Origin: Callorhinchus milii
Lineage: Eukaryota
DNA: 64,000 nt
NCBI RefSeq assembly: GCF_018977255.1
Contig: NW_024704742.1
Span: 99,202,001-99,266,000, forward strand
Reading direction: 5' to 3'
The translations under genes and the position numbers were made by a program. The notes under the pieces are model-generated. The model had not been told where the DNA came from. It searched no databases and worked only from the letters and a program-made list of their open reading frames with translations. Shown in pieces: positions 1 to 13,616 of the stretch; the stretch's first letter is position 1; every line of letters starts with the position of its first letter.

Positions 1-127
1 AATGCCTTTCACATTGGGAGAATATTTCAAAGTGCTTCACGGGATTTGCTGTATAGTGCAGTGACTCTGTATTTTGTAGGCGAACGTGCAGGCCAATTTG
101 CACGTAGCAATGCCCCACAAACAGCCA

Positions 128-365
128 TAATAATCCTTGCATTTGATATAGCGCTTTTCACATCGGGAGGACGTCCCAAAGCGCTTCACAGAACACATTG
201 TAAAGTGAATTGACTATATTTGTGGGCGAACGCGGCAGCCAATTGCGCACAGCAATGTCCCACAAACAGTCGTAGATTGAAAATGACCAATTTAATTATT
301 GTTTTGTTTTGGAGGGATTATTATTAGGCGTGTGGAGTAAGGAAACTTGCCCAAGGTTTCACCTG
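128..365 (-). mobile_element. Young SINE (short subfamily A), 5'-truncated, nested in an older DeuSINE relic
   Basis: Near-identical to the copies at 10169 and 20805; old SINE sequence lies on both sides (1-127 and about 366-410). Confidence 0.85.
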
Positions 366-2119
366 AATGATCAATGTTATCTATTGTTGGCCAGGATACC
401 AGGAGAAAATCTATCATTTTATATCAGATTCAATGTGATGGTTATAAAACAATACACTTTTATCCCAATATTTCTTCCTTAATAGAAGCAATCGATTAAT
501 ATTTCTGTCAGGCATTCCAACCATTACATGAAAATGGGACATACTTGTCAGTTTGGATTCACGACCTATTGAGATGCCAATTGGAGACCAAAAAAGTGGA
601 GAGAGAGTACCTCAATGCCATTCACAGACAGCAGCACAAGCAAATTATCTGGGAAAGGTTTGATTTATCCTGGAGTCCTATACTTTGGACAGAAATTCCA
701 CCTGCGGTTAGATTTACTCTATTTGCACAAAATTTCAGAGTGCCAGATTTTGGCAAATTCTTAAACGCAGCTTTGATTTAGAAGCCAGCTTTCTGCAAGT
801 ATCTTTTAAGCTCTACAGAAAAACGGCTTCAAAGTTAAGACTGAATTCAACAATTTGACAAATACTGAACATGTGGAATTTCGCTCTCTCTCCCCCAATT
901 ACACAAAATTAAAGTGTTATTATTCCTCAGTAACTTTAATAGATACTCATTGTTGCCCTCGGTTACTGGTGTGATGCAGCACCCTCAGCAATTTCCTATG
1001 TGCTTGTGATCCTGGTTCAATCCAGCCTTCGGGGGTTTTCATCCCTGTCACTTTATCTCTGTAACTTTAAGGTTAAAATGGAACTTTAAATAAAATGGAA
1101 GTGACACATTTCAGCATGTTCTTTGTGTAAATGGTTTCAGTGCGAGCTGCTGGTGTCCTACAGCTATAACTGGTGGCCCGACTGTGATGTGTGTATTTAT
1201 GCGATTGGGTCACTTACCATTGGAAACGCAGGATGCTCAGTGGGGAAGCAGAATGAATGTAAGGAGCGAGGAAACCCTGGTAAATGAGAACGACAGTCGT
1301 AAGTTCCCCCACTGAGAATTCTGTTTATAAAAGATATGCTTCACATAATGACATAACAGTGTGTGTTCTGGCTGTAATAGAGGCAATATACTCAGACACT
1401 TTACTTGCAGTTGTGTTCCTCACTGTGTTGCTCAGGGGGAGTTCCTGGTACCAGCTATTCAACTCGTGACATTACAGCTCACAAGACTCAAAATGTGACT
1501 CCAAACTCAAGGCGTTGCCCTATTCTCAATCCCCCGTTGCTTTTACATTGTCTTCCGACTGCCGGAGGGCTTTTGTGGTGACTGATGTTCTGCACACATG
1601 TGCCAATGTCTTGTGATCCTCCAAGTATCATGCTAATAATAATAATTATTACTATTATATTCATTCTTGCATTTGATTTAGAGTCCATAACATCAAAACA
1701 TCTCAAAGTGCTTTACATTAATTACTGTTAAATGAGACAGCCAATTTCCATGCAGCAAGGTGCCACAACAGGTAGGAGATAAATGATCAATTTACCTGGT
1801 GAATTTTTGGGCCCAGGCACCAGGCGAAACTGCCTTCTTTTTTCAGATAATGTTATGAGATCTTGAACAGTTGGTTTAGTGTGTTGACAATACAGCGTTC
1901 TTTCTCCCAGTACTGTACTGGAGTTTCAACCCAGACTGCGATCTGAAATGAAGTTCAATTTCGGCTCTTATATGAAATGAAATTAGAATCATTTTCATAA
2001 TCTTTGTGCCCTGAATATCAAAAATACCAGTGAAATGGTGAACATTTTTTTACTGAAACCATCTTTTCTTCATCGCTGAATTTTCTGGATAGTAGGCAAA
2101 GCATCTTACCAAAGACCAG

Positions 2120-2342
2120 GGATAAATTGGAAGCAAATAGGATTAATGAGTGATGTAGAAAACTAATATTTCTGATAATATTAAGAGAGAAATAGATAAT
2201 TATTTGGGGAGGACAAGTTTGCAGGGCTATGGGGAGAAAGCAGGTAGTGGAATTGAAATGGTAGCTCTTTTAAAAGAGCCGGCACAGATATGATGAGCTG
2301 AATAGCCTCCTTCTGTGCTGTATAATACTATGATTCTATGAT
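2120..2342 (+). mobile_element. CR1 LINE 3' end fragment
   Basis: Matches the 3' end of the CR1 at 13480-13616 and has a CTATGATTCTATG tail. Confidence 0.8.
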
Positions 2343-2437
2343 AATGAATTGAATATAATATGCAATAGTATTGGTCTCGATATTAGATTGCTTCGTTTTT
2401 TTAGTAAAAAATAAAACTAGCGAAAAGCAAAATTAAA

Positions 2438-4587
2438 TAACAACAACAAAATTACATTTATAGAGCGCCTTTCATGTCAGGAGGACGTCCCAAGGCACGG
2501 GACAGTCAGAGCGCAGGACTCAAGCATGGGGAAGGGGTGGGGTGAGGGAAGGCAGAGAGGTGGGAGGGCGACTGAAGGCACGATTGAATAGGAGGGTCTT
2601 GAGACCGGCCTTGAAGGGAGCAAGGGAGGAAGCGAGGCAAAGGGACTGTGGAATGGAGTTCCAGAATGTGTGGGCAAAGAGGCTGAAAGCTCGGCCACCG
2701 AAGGTAGGGGGGTTGGGCGGGAGACATGGAGCAGGCCGGAGCCCGCTGAACGGAGGGAGCAGGTTGGTAGGGAGTTAGCAGGTCAGAGAGGTAGGAGGGG
2801 GCAAGGCCATGGATGGCCTTGAATTTGATCCTCTGAGGGATGGGGAGCCATTGGAGTCAGGCGAGGGTGGGAGTGATGGGGTCATGGAGCCTGGTTTGTG
2901 AGAGTACACGAGCTGCAGAGTTTTGGATGATCTGCAGCTTGTGAAGGGAAGAGTTGGGAAGGCTGATGAGGAGGGAGTTTACATAATTGAGCCTTGACTT
3001 GACGAATGCGTGGGTGAGGGTTTGGGGCCTGAGGGGTGAGGCAGTGGCGGAGTCTGGCTACGTTGTGGAGGTGGTGGTAGGCAGTGCCGGTCATGGCGCA
3101 GACGTGGGGGAGAAAGGACAGTTCAGGGTTGAACAAGACACCCAAGTTCCTGACTGGCTTAGTGAGGTTGAGTGTGCAGCCATGGAGGCTGATGCTGCCA
3201 GCGCCTGAGGTATGGGGATGCTGGTGCGAGCCAATCAGGAGGGCCTCGGTCTTGCTGACTTCAAGTTGGAGAAAGTTGTCCCTCATCCAGGACTTGATAT
3301 CAGGCAGGCAATCGGTCAGGATGCCAGTAGTCCTGGAGTTCAGGGTGGAGGCAGAGAGATAGAGTTGGGTGTCATCCGCGTACATGTGGAAATTTACCCC
3401 ATGTCTCCGGATGATAATAATCCTTGCATTTGTTATAGCGCTTTTCATGTCAGGAGGACGTCCCAAAGCGCTTCACAGAACACACTGTAAAGCGAAGTGT
3501 CTGTATATTTGTGGGCAAACCGGCAGCCAATTGCGCACAGCAATGTCCCACAAACAGTCGTGGATTGAAAATGACCAATTTATTATTGTTTTGTTTTGGA
3601 GGGATTATTATTAGGCTCTAGGTGGAGTAAGGAAACTTGCCCAAGGTTTCGCCCTCTGCCTGGAATTGAACTCACTTCTCTCACTTGCAAAGCGAGTGCT
3701 CTAACCACTGAGCTACAGGACTCCACATGATGTCACCAAGAGGGTGAAGAGGAGGCGACCGAGGACAGAGCGCTGAGGAACACCACACGAGATGGTGCGG
3801 GAGCTGGAGGAGAAGCCGTTTGCTGAGACAAAGTGGAGGCGGTGTGAAAGGTAGGACCTGAACCAGTCAAGGACAGAACCTTGGAGGTTGAGATGGGAGG
3901 AGAGGTGGTGGAGGAGGATTGAATGATCTACAGTGTCAAAAGCGATGGAGAGGTCGAGGAGAACAAGGAGGCAGAGGGAGCCCTGGTCACATATGGTCAG
4001 GATGTCTTTTGTGACCTTGACCAGAGTAGTTTCCGTGGAGGGGTTCATAGAAAGAGTGGGAGGAGAGGAAAGAGCGAAGCTGGGAGGCGACCGCTCTCTC
4101 TAGGACCTTGGACAGAAAAGGAAGGTTTGAGATGGGCCGGTAGCTGGATAGCTGTGTCAAGGGAAGGTTTCCTCAAGGTGGGGGTGATAGTGGTTGTTTT
4201 GAGGGGGTTGGAACAGTGCCAGATGACAGGGAGAGGTTGATGATGTCGGCGAGTAGTGGGGCAAGAAAGTGGAGCTGGGATTTAAGGAGAGGGGTAGGGA
4301 TGGGGTCCAGAGAGCAGGTGGTGGGCTTAATAGAGGATATGTTGGTGATGATAGAGGAGGGGGTGACAGATTCAAAGGTGTGGAAGGAGGGATGGGTAGT
4401 TGTCGGAGTGTGGGGGGGATAGGGAGGCAGCGGAAGTTGGGAGGGCAGTGGCAGCTGAGCGGATTCCCTCGATTTTGGACTTGAAGAAGCCCAGCATTTC
4501 CTCACAGTGAGAGTCGGAGGAAAGAATCTGTGAGGAGTGGCGGGGAGGGCGGAGGAGCCGGTTGGTGAATAAAATGAAACCATGCAA
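2438..4587 (-). mobile_element. L2-clade LINE, 5'-truncated and decayed, interrupted by a SINE
   Basis: RT motifs STETTLVKV, LLDLS.AFDTVDH, GVPQ.SVLG and HMYADDTQLY; frameshifts; (GTT)n-type tail. Confidence 0.93.
3416..3726 (-). mobile_element. Full-length young tRNA-Ala SINE (subfamily A) inside the L2 RT region
   Basis: A and B boxes, (ATT)n tail, 5-bp TSD ATGAT at 3411-3415 and 3727-3731. Confidence 0.93.
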
Positions 4588-7500
4588 CATTTAAATTTCT
4601 CTGATATTTACTTCCATTTACTTTTTCCCATGTGCTTCCTCACTAATCCAACAACAAATTGCATTTGTATAGCACCTTTCAGAGAGGCTCTTTTACTTTG
4701 ACATAATGCATTAGCAATACAGTGCTGTACTACTGAAAGCCAGAGACTTGCGTGTCAAAGCTAGATACATGAATTTATTTGTGTTCCTCATGTGTGAGAC
4801 AGTTAGTTGTAGGTAGGGCTTGTTAGTGACCTGCGCTCTTAAGAATCTTCTTAAACTGTAATTTTCTTGTTTGCCCCCAGTGGGCGTGTGTGAAAACTTG
4901 ATGAAACCCTTTGATATGCGTGCGCTTTGCATCAGAAGTGTGTGTTGTTGTTCCTGTTTGCTGTTTTAGCTTTGATAGATGTGAGGCAGTTTTGGGGACA
5001 GGATTAATTTTGCCTTGTGTGCTGATGCCTTTCTTCATAATTGGATCTTACATGCAGCCTGGAGATGTAATACATCTTTTATTTGCTTTGCTGAAAGTCT
5101 GTTTTTGCTGGAGGGACAAAGATAATCCCTTGTACTCTCTTCAAAGATTCCCCTTTCAGTGATTTGCTGAGAAAAGACCAGTTAGTCCAGTGGCATTTTA
5201 AACTCGTGCACAGCCAGTGTTGGATATATTTGGTTTCTGGCCAGACATTTGTAAAGTTAATGATGGAATTTAGAAAATCTCTCGCTTACTTCCAACAAAA
5301 TTCCATTGGTATTTTTTCTAATGTTAAACATTGTCCATTATCACAGGCTGTATTGAGGAGTACATTGCTGGCTTCTTGGCCAAGATACCAAGAAATCAAC
5401 CTTTCGCAGCCATATTGATGTTTGCCAAAAATATATGCTCCCTGCAGTGTTTTCCCTGCTCATAGCTTCCCACACATCAATTTGAGTTGCAACTGCCTTC
5501 ACAGTTCAATGTCTTCAGGGAGACCTCGGCATTACTCCATAGTTCGGGTGGAAAAAGAAGCTGCTCCTACAGCATTATTTTGTTATACAAAACAGGACCT
5601 CAACTTTCAAAGAACTGCTGCACTGTAAATGTATTGGATCACAGTGATGGTCGTAAGCCTACCATTTACTTCCATTGTTAAAATGTGTTTGGTCATTTAT
5701 TGAGGAATGTTTATATCTGTCTCTATTTGTGAAATATTTTCACTTGATATGCTTTGCGGTGGCAAAGAAATGTGACTATACAATGGTTTTACAACACAAT
5801 ATAATTGACATTTTTAAAATGCATTTCATGTCAGGAGGATGTTGCATTTTTCATCTTGTTGCCACAAATTACTGGGATTTAATCAATCGAAATACCTAAG
5901 CCCAAATGAACTAAAAAAACATTAACTGGTATCAACTCTACATCAACACATTTCGCCTTTCACATTGGCAGAACATCCCAAGGCACTGGACAGTCAAAGG
6001 TTTGCACCATGGCTGGGGGTTGGATTCAGGAGGGTAGTTGAGGTGTGAAGATGACTGAAGAGGAAGATTATAAGCTGGAGCTTGAAGGAGACAAGGGAAC
6101 TTCTGCGGAGCCAACTCTACCAGACTTATCTACCAGAATTTCAATTCTACAGAATTTTAGATACTTCACAGAGGGTGGAGAAATAGGAAATCTTTCAACT
6201 CGTTGCAGTCACGAAACACTTAATATCAATCTATTATGTGCCACAACTGCAAACAGAGTCTACTTCAGTGACTCCTAACCTTATAACAGGCAGGTTTATT
6301 TACTATTTCAACCTATTCTTCATATTGCTCAGTTTGCTTTCCGAAGATCGTACCTATTTCAACTCTTTTGAATAGGAATGTCACCAATTACAATGGGATT
6401 GTCACCAATTACAATTGGTGATGCATAATAATGTTTGTAAAACGGCTTTGATCATTTCTTTGCGATTGGTGTGCTGCAGTGTAACTTGATCACTGGTCGC
6501 CCCAGATGTTGTTTACTTATTGCCAATGTGGCCTAATTTATTGTCCTGGGGATGCTTGATGTAGACTAAACACCAATCTTCACTCATAGCAAATAATTGC
6601 AGTTGGTACTGAGCCAGCCCTTTGTGATTCCAATGCATGATTTCAGTGAGACATGCGTATATACCACCCTGTATGATCCCTGTGTGACAGCCAGTATAAT
6701 CTATATTCCACATAGGAATCCAGTGCTGCGCTTCCCAGCCTATTTGCAGACTTTCCAAGATATCAGGCTTGTCAATTAACTGTTTTATTACAAATTAAAC
6801 ATTATGTAATTTTTGCAAACCGAAAGTTGCAGCAAGCATTTTAGATCCACTTTACAAATGTTTCACATCAGAGTCTGCTGCTCGTAATTCACCAGGTTTA
6901 AAAGAAATGAGGTTTAAGAACAATCCATGGGAATAACGAGTACAAACCCACATCATGCTCCGAGCATTTTGCTGCTCCAACTATTGCATAATTTCTCCTC
7001 CTCCTCCTCAACACAAATTCATTCTTAAATTATGAGATCATGATAAGGGACATTGACAAGTCTAGTATTCCAGCTGGAAAGAATTTGAAAGTTTTAAACA
7101 GAGAGCTTATTATCTTTCCTTTTAGTAATTTAGTCTAATTTCTCTGAAATGCCATCATCTCTTTTTATTTAAAATCTTTGGATTTTGCACATCACTAACA
7201 ACATCTTGGCCAACAATCCCCCATTAAAATTGGTCATTTGCTTCAAGATTGTTTGTGGGATATTGCTGTGCGCAAATTGACTGCCGTGTTCGTCTACAAA
7301 AACACATAGTCATTTTGCAGTATAGTCCTGTGAAGCACTTTGGGACGTCCTAATGTGAATGTAACGATTATTATGATTATTATTATTAAAATCTTTATCG
7401 GTTCAGCAACCAGTTCTATTTCTTGGGAATTCAGTAAAGGCTAAAGGTAAATGTGCTGTATAATCACTCAATTTTCTTAATTGTTACCTCCTCTCCTTTC

Positions 7501-10168
7501 TTGAAGCCACAGATCCATGTTGCCAATTTCGAAATGGCCATTCATTTTATGCGGGTCTATTCAGTGAATGTGGGTACTCAGCAAAGCCAGATGCTGTCTT
7601 CATCTGACAGTTATACATACTTTCAACGAAGGCCACAGGATAACAGTAAGGAACCTTGTTGCTTGGTTCCATCCTGAAGCCAAGAGCGGTGAGGAACATT
7701 ATAACATCCTAAATTAATAATATAGTAATCCTTGCAGTTGATACACTGACTTGTTGCATCATCGAAATGTCTCAAAGTGCTCATAGAATTTTATACATGT
7801 AATCACTGTGGATTTGTACACAAATGCAACAGCTAATTTTACACACAGCAATGTCCCACAAACAGCCATGAAGTGAATGGCTGGGGGATTGTTGGCCAGC
7901 ACACCGGGAGAACAGTATGAGAGTTACCACAATAATCCCTCTTGTCTTTGTTTGTAAAACTATTTTGTCTTATAATGTAAGATTGTGCAGGATTATTTTT
8001 AAAAAATCATAAATTTAGCCTTTATTTGAAAGCCATTTTACTTTGGTCTTAAAAAAATAATCCCTACTACCAACTTAAATTCTATGCCGCTTAAATTTTA
8101 AGGTAAACTCATATCCAGGCTGAAAAGGAAGTAGGATTTTGTGGTCTCTGCGGACCACACACACTGAATGCACTGGCCTCCTGTTTCCTTTGCAAAATTC
8201 AGACCCATTTTTGGAATATTTGACGTCTCAGCACTCAATAGTACTTATCAGTATCTTCTCCACCAACAAAAGCATGAATAAATCTCCCTCCGTGAAATGC
8301 TTTTTTTTCCTCTTTGAGACAGGCTTCTGTAAATCCAATGTTAAAGAGCGAGGGCAGGACATTAAGCAGGTAGAGCACTCAGCTGAGGAATGCTGGACTT
8401 TGCCTGTTGTAATTGGTGACACTCCTATTATAACTGTTGACAATCCTAATATAACGTGTCCCAGAAGAAACAGAGGATTCGGGTCAGCTCCACGCTCCCA
8501 GCAAAGTATATTTTCAAGCAAGCTTTGAGTAAAATAAACAAAGTAAACAGTGGATTTTTTTTTAATGATTCATACTTACAGGTTACAAGTGGGCTGCAGC
8601 AGGAGGAATTTGAGACTGTTCTAAATAAATATTGAGTTGCTGGATTAGGTTTACTACACACCAGGTACTCCACTGAAACCAGAGCCATTATTCAGCTGCC
8701 TTGAAACAGAGACACTGCTGAGAACATAATCTGTTCTTCATTTCATCCACTGCTTTGTTGCACATCTTAATAATTCATTCTCTTATCATAAATGCTTCAC
8801 AGTCTATTAGCAGAGCCTTGAGATTTCATTGAGCTTTCCACTGCCTTGAACTCCTTGCCCCATGTGTGATTATCACATATCTAATAGCGTTTAGACTGCG
8901 ACACTGGCAAATTGTTGATATCAATATTAACTTCCTGTAGTTCTTAAAAGTACTTTGGATGAGACGTTAAACTTAAGACCTGCTTGTCCATTGAAGATCC
9001 CATGACAAAATTTGAAAATAGAAGAGAGTTTCTCCTGATATCTTGGCTAACTATCCCCCAGATAAAATTCTGCGAAGTACTTTGAGAGTTCCTCTTGCCA
9101 CGAAAAGCACTTTATTAAATGCAAAGATTATTATTTATAATTAAGTTGTCAAAATCGTAAGACTAAATGCATTATGATATGAAAGCAGCTTTTTACTTTC
9201 TGCATCCTATGGTTAGGGTGTATTAAATATACACTGGTGAATGATAATTGTGCATTTAAAGTAACATCACAGTAGTTTAAGCAACTATGGTACCCTTAAC
9301 TGTCCTGCAATTGCCATTACAGTAATAGAATTCTACGCTTGGCCAGCTATGATTGGTTGACCAGTGGCACTAAGCCCAGTGGTCATTTATTGCTAGAAAC
9401 AATTTATATAATGCAGGAATATCCAACGAACCCCAGGGGATTAGCTGAAATGAGCAACCCCCCCCCCATTCAATACCCCCGTCCTTTTTTTCTGCTTAGT
9501 CTAACACAGAAGCTGGGCTAGATTGCTTTCCAGAGCAACCCAAACTCTTCTCTTGTTCCTTGGTCACAGGTAAGCAGTAGAAAGTTAGGTCTCAGTCTTT
9601 TCATAGATATCACACCGACCCGTAATCAGTCCAACATGGAACATTTCAATAAAATAAAGCAATATAGTTATTGGAATTCAGAGGGACTGTTTTCCACAAT
9701 ATACACACCACTGGATGAAATTACTTGGTTTGAAAAATTGTGAGGCTCCGCCTTCTACTGCATCTTTTATAGGATTTGTTCTGGAAACAGAGTACAAAAA
9801 CATTAGTTACAAAGATCAAAGTAGTCAGTCTGTGACATCTTTTCTCCAGCAGCTTCCGTCTATATTAGGTTTCATGAAACTGAACAGGCTGGGTTGCAGG
9901 AAAACCTCAGAAGTGTCACAGTCATTAGAAGCTACCATTAAAATGAAATGTTAGACAGCACATGCTCTAAAGAGACGAAAAGTCTCTACGGAATCCATTA
10001 CCTGTAAAACTCGTAATGAGAACTGAAGCTGGTGTATGGAAACACTAACCTTCAGGAACAACTGACTGTATATTTGCACTGGTAAGGATTCCTATGAATA
10101 AAGATTAGAGCTAGATCTGGGAACGGAAGCATTTGTTCTGTGCCATTTGCTCTGAAGAGGCTTGAATT

Positions 10169-10482
10169 AATAATAATAATAATCCTTGCATTTGATATAG
10201 CGCTTTTCACGTCGGGAGGACGTCCCAAAGCGCTTCACAGAACACACTGTAAAGTGAATTGACTGTATATTTGTGGGCGAACACGGCAGCCAATTGCGCA
10301 CAGCAATGTCCCACAAGCAGTCGTAGATTGAAAATGGCCAATTTATTATTGGTTTTTTGGAGGGATTATTATTAGGCGTGTGGAGTAAGGAAACTTGCCC
10401 AAGGTTTCGCCCTGCCTGGAATTGAACTCAGGTCTCTCACTTGCAAAGCGAGTGCTCTAACCACTGAGCTACAGGACTCCAC
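10169..10482 (-). mobile_element. Full-length young tRNA-Ala SINE (subfamily A)
   Basis: Near-identical reverse complement of 20805-21126. Confidence 0.95.
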
Positions 10483-11394
10483 AAACCAACACTCGCTAAG
10501 CTTTAAAGTAACTCATTGTTAAATACTTGCATGTGGTTCGATGATATAATGTGCTTTATTGAATGCAAGTATTATTATTCTCCTAGAAATTGGTGTCCAA
10601 ATGTTCCCAAATACTCATTTGTTCCAAAGAGCTATGAATTCTCCATTATAACATTCAACACTTTAAAATAACTTTTTGTCAAGCACTTTTGTATATTGAC
10701 ACAATAAGCATAATATTAAATATTATCATAGAAATATGCATTTCAATGCTGTTAAATGCCTGATGTTTATCTAAGTCCAATATTCACAAAGATAAGTTCT
10801 AAACATAAACTTGTCCTTCCGATGAGACTTTAAACCAAGGTCCTGTCTCCCTGTTCAGGTAGAAGAAAAAAAGCCCATGGGACTACTCGAAAAGAGAAGG
10901 GAGTTTCTCCCTGTGTCTTGACCAAAATCCCCTGAATAAAATTGGTCAATCATTTCATGGTTGTTTGTGAGGCATTACTGCTGCACTTATATTAATTAAC
11001 TGTGGGAGCAATGGAGAATAGGGAACAGGATTTGGAGCATTTTGGGGAGGGGGTGGCAGCTCGGGTCAGGTGCGGAGATGAGGAGTGAGGGATTAAAGTA
11101 TCAGAAGGGCATGGAGGTGCTAAGGAGAGAAGCACAGGAGGGTGAAAGAAAAAACAATTGTGGTTCTTTGGTTATGGGTAAATCATTAATAGATTAACAA
11201 AAAATAAAAAGTAAAAATAAATATTCAGGTCTTGGTCTGAGATTATTAGGTCTGATGGTCCCACTATCCTGCTGGACTTTGTTCCCTCGCTGGCCCTACT
11301 CACACTTTCCCACTCTCATCCAGCCCCGCTCACTCACCGGTTCTGCTGATCCCACACTCTTGCTTTTTTGGTAGGTCTGTGGGTCTTGATATGA

Positions 11395-13616
11395 TCTAGC
11401 ATCTGGACAACAGTGATCCCAACATCATTAGGTTTAGAATACTTATGGAAAGGGACAAGGAAGAATCAAAGGTGAAGATACTCAACTGGAAGAGGGCTAA
11501 TTTCAGTCAGTTAAAAAGGGCCCTAGCCAAGGTGGACTGGAAAGAAAGATTGGCAGCTAAAACAGCTAATGAGCAGTGGAAAGCCTTCAAGGAGGAGACA
11601 GTTCAAGGACAGAACAAATACATTCCCACAAAGAGGAAAGGTAGGGCATCCAAACCTCCCTGGATGACTAAGCAAATTGGAATTAAAATAAAACAGATAA
11701 AGGAGGCTTATGATAAATGTCAGGCCCACAATACAGAAGATAACCAAATAGAATATAGAAAGTACAGAGGAGAACTAAAAAAGGAAATAAGAGGGGCAAA
11801 GAGATTGTATGAGGAAAGATTAGCGGGTAACATAAAAGGGAACCCCAAGGTATTTTATAAGCAAATAAAGAATAAAAGGTTAGTCAAAGGTAGAGTGGGT
11901 CCAATTAGGGACCAAAGAGGAAATCTTCTTGTGGAGGCAGAGGGTATGGCTGATGTACTGAATGAATACTTTGCATCTGTCTTCACAAAAGAAGAGGATG
12001 CAGCCAATGCCACAGTATCGGTGGAGAGGGTAGAGAAATTGGATAAGATAAGAATAAACCGAAAGGAGGTACTTAAAAGGTTGACGGTGCTCAAGGTAGA
12101 TAAGACAACCGGTCCGGATGGGAAGCATCCTAGGTTACTGAGGGAATTAAGGGTGGAAATAACAGAGGTTCTGGACAGAGAGTGGTACCAGAGGACGGAG
12201 GGTTGAAATGTTACTCCCCTGTTCAAAAAGGGACAGAAGGATAAACCTGGGAACTACAGGCCAGTCAGCCTAACGTCAGTAGTGGAGAAACTTCTGGAGA
12301 TGATAATCCGGGACAAAATAAATTTTGACTTAGAAATATATGGGTTAATAAAGAACAGACAACATGGATTTGTTGAAGGCAAATCATCTCTAACAAACCT
12401 GATAAGAGTTTTTTGATGAAGTAACAGAGAGGGTGGATGAAGGTAGTGCAGTTGATGTGGATTTTCAAAAGGCGTTTGATAAAGTGCCTCATAAGAGACT
12501 TATAAGCAAAATAGAAGCCCATTAAAGGGATAGTAACAGCATGGATACAGAACTGGCTGGAAGACAGAAAACAAAGAGTGGTGGAGAATGGTTGTTTTTC
12601 TGACTGGAGGCATGTGCAGTGGTGTCCCGCAGGGGTCAGTATTGGGACCACTGTTGGTTTTTGATCTACATAAATGACCTGGACTTGGCTATATAGTGTA
12701 CAATTTTGCAGATGATACTAAGCTAGGAAAAGTAGTAAACAGTGAGGAGCATAGTAGCAGACTGCAAATGAATATAGACAGACTGGTAAAATGGGCAGAC
12801 ACATGGCAGATTAAGTTTAATATGGAGAAATGCAAAGTGATGCATTTTGAAAGGAAGAATGAGGAGGCAATATAAACTAGATGGCAGAATCTTAAAGGGG
12901 GTGAAGGAACAGAGAGACCAGTGGTTTCATATAAGTAAATCTTTGAGGGTGGCAGGAGAGGTAGAGAAAGCTATTAAAAAAGCATACGGGCTACTAGGTT
13001 TTATAAATAGGGGTGTAGAATACAAAAGTCAGGAAGTTATGATGAACCTTTATAAAACACTAGTTAGGCCTCAGCTAGAACTGCGTTCAGTTCTGGGCAC
13101 CACACTTTAGGAAGGATGTCAAGGCATTGGGGAGGCTGCAAAGGAGATTTACCAGGATGGTACCAGGAATGAGGGACTTCAGTTATCAGGAGAGGCTAGA
13201 GAAGCTAGATTATTCTCCTTGGAGCCGAGAAGGTTAAGAAGAGACATAATAGAAGTTTTCAAAATTATGAGGGGATTCGATAGGGTGAACAAGGAGAAAC
13301 TATTTCCACCGGTGGGTGGGTCGGTAACCCGAGGACACCAATTTAAAATAGTTGTTAAAAGAAACAGAGGGGAGGTGAGGAGACATTTTTTCACACAGCG
13401 AGTTGTTTGGATCTGGAATACATTGTCTGAAAGGGTGGTGGAAGCCGATTGGACAACAACTTTCAAGAGAGAAGTAGATAATTATTTGGGGAGGACAAGT
13501 TTGCAGGGCTATGGGGAGAGAGCGGGGGAGTGGGATTGATTCTATAGCTCTTTTGAAAGAGCTGGCACAGTCACGATGGGCCGAATGGCCTTTTTTTGTG
13601 CTGTATAATTCTATGA
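11395..13616 (+). mobile_element. CR1-clade LINE, 5'-truncated and decayed
   Basis: ORF2 motifs NWKRANF, PPWMT, GNPKVFY, GPDG.HPRLL, YRPVSLTS, FADDTKL and FFTQRVV..WN.L; ATTCTATG tail; several frameshifts. Confidence 0.95.

Noticed and set aside
6513..6779. Minus-strand open frame of about 88 codons as an exon
   Set aside because: No recognisable homology and weak splice signals.
11445..13539. Active CR1 element
   Set aside because: It is 5'-truncated, with multiple frameshifts and deletions in ORF2.
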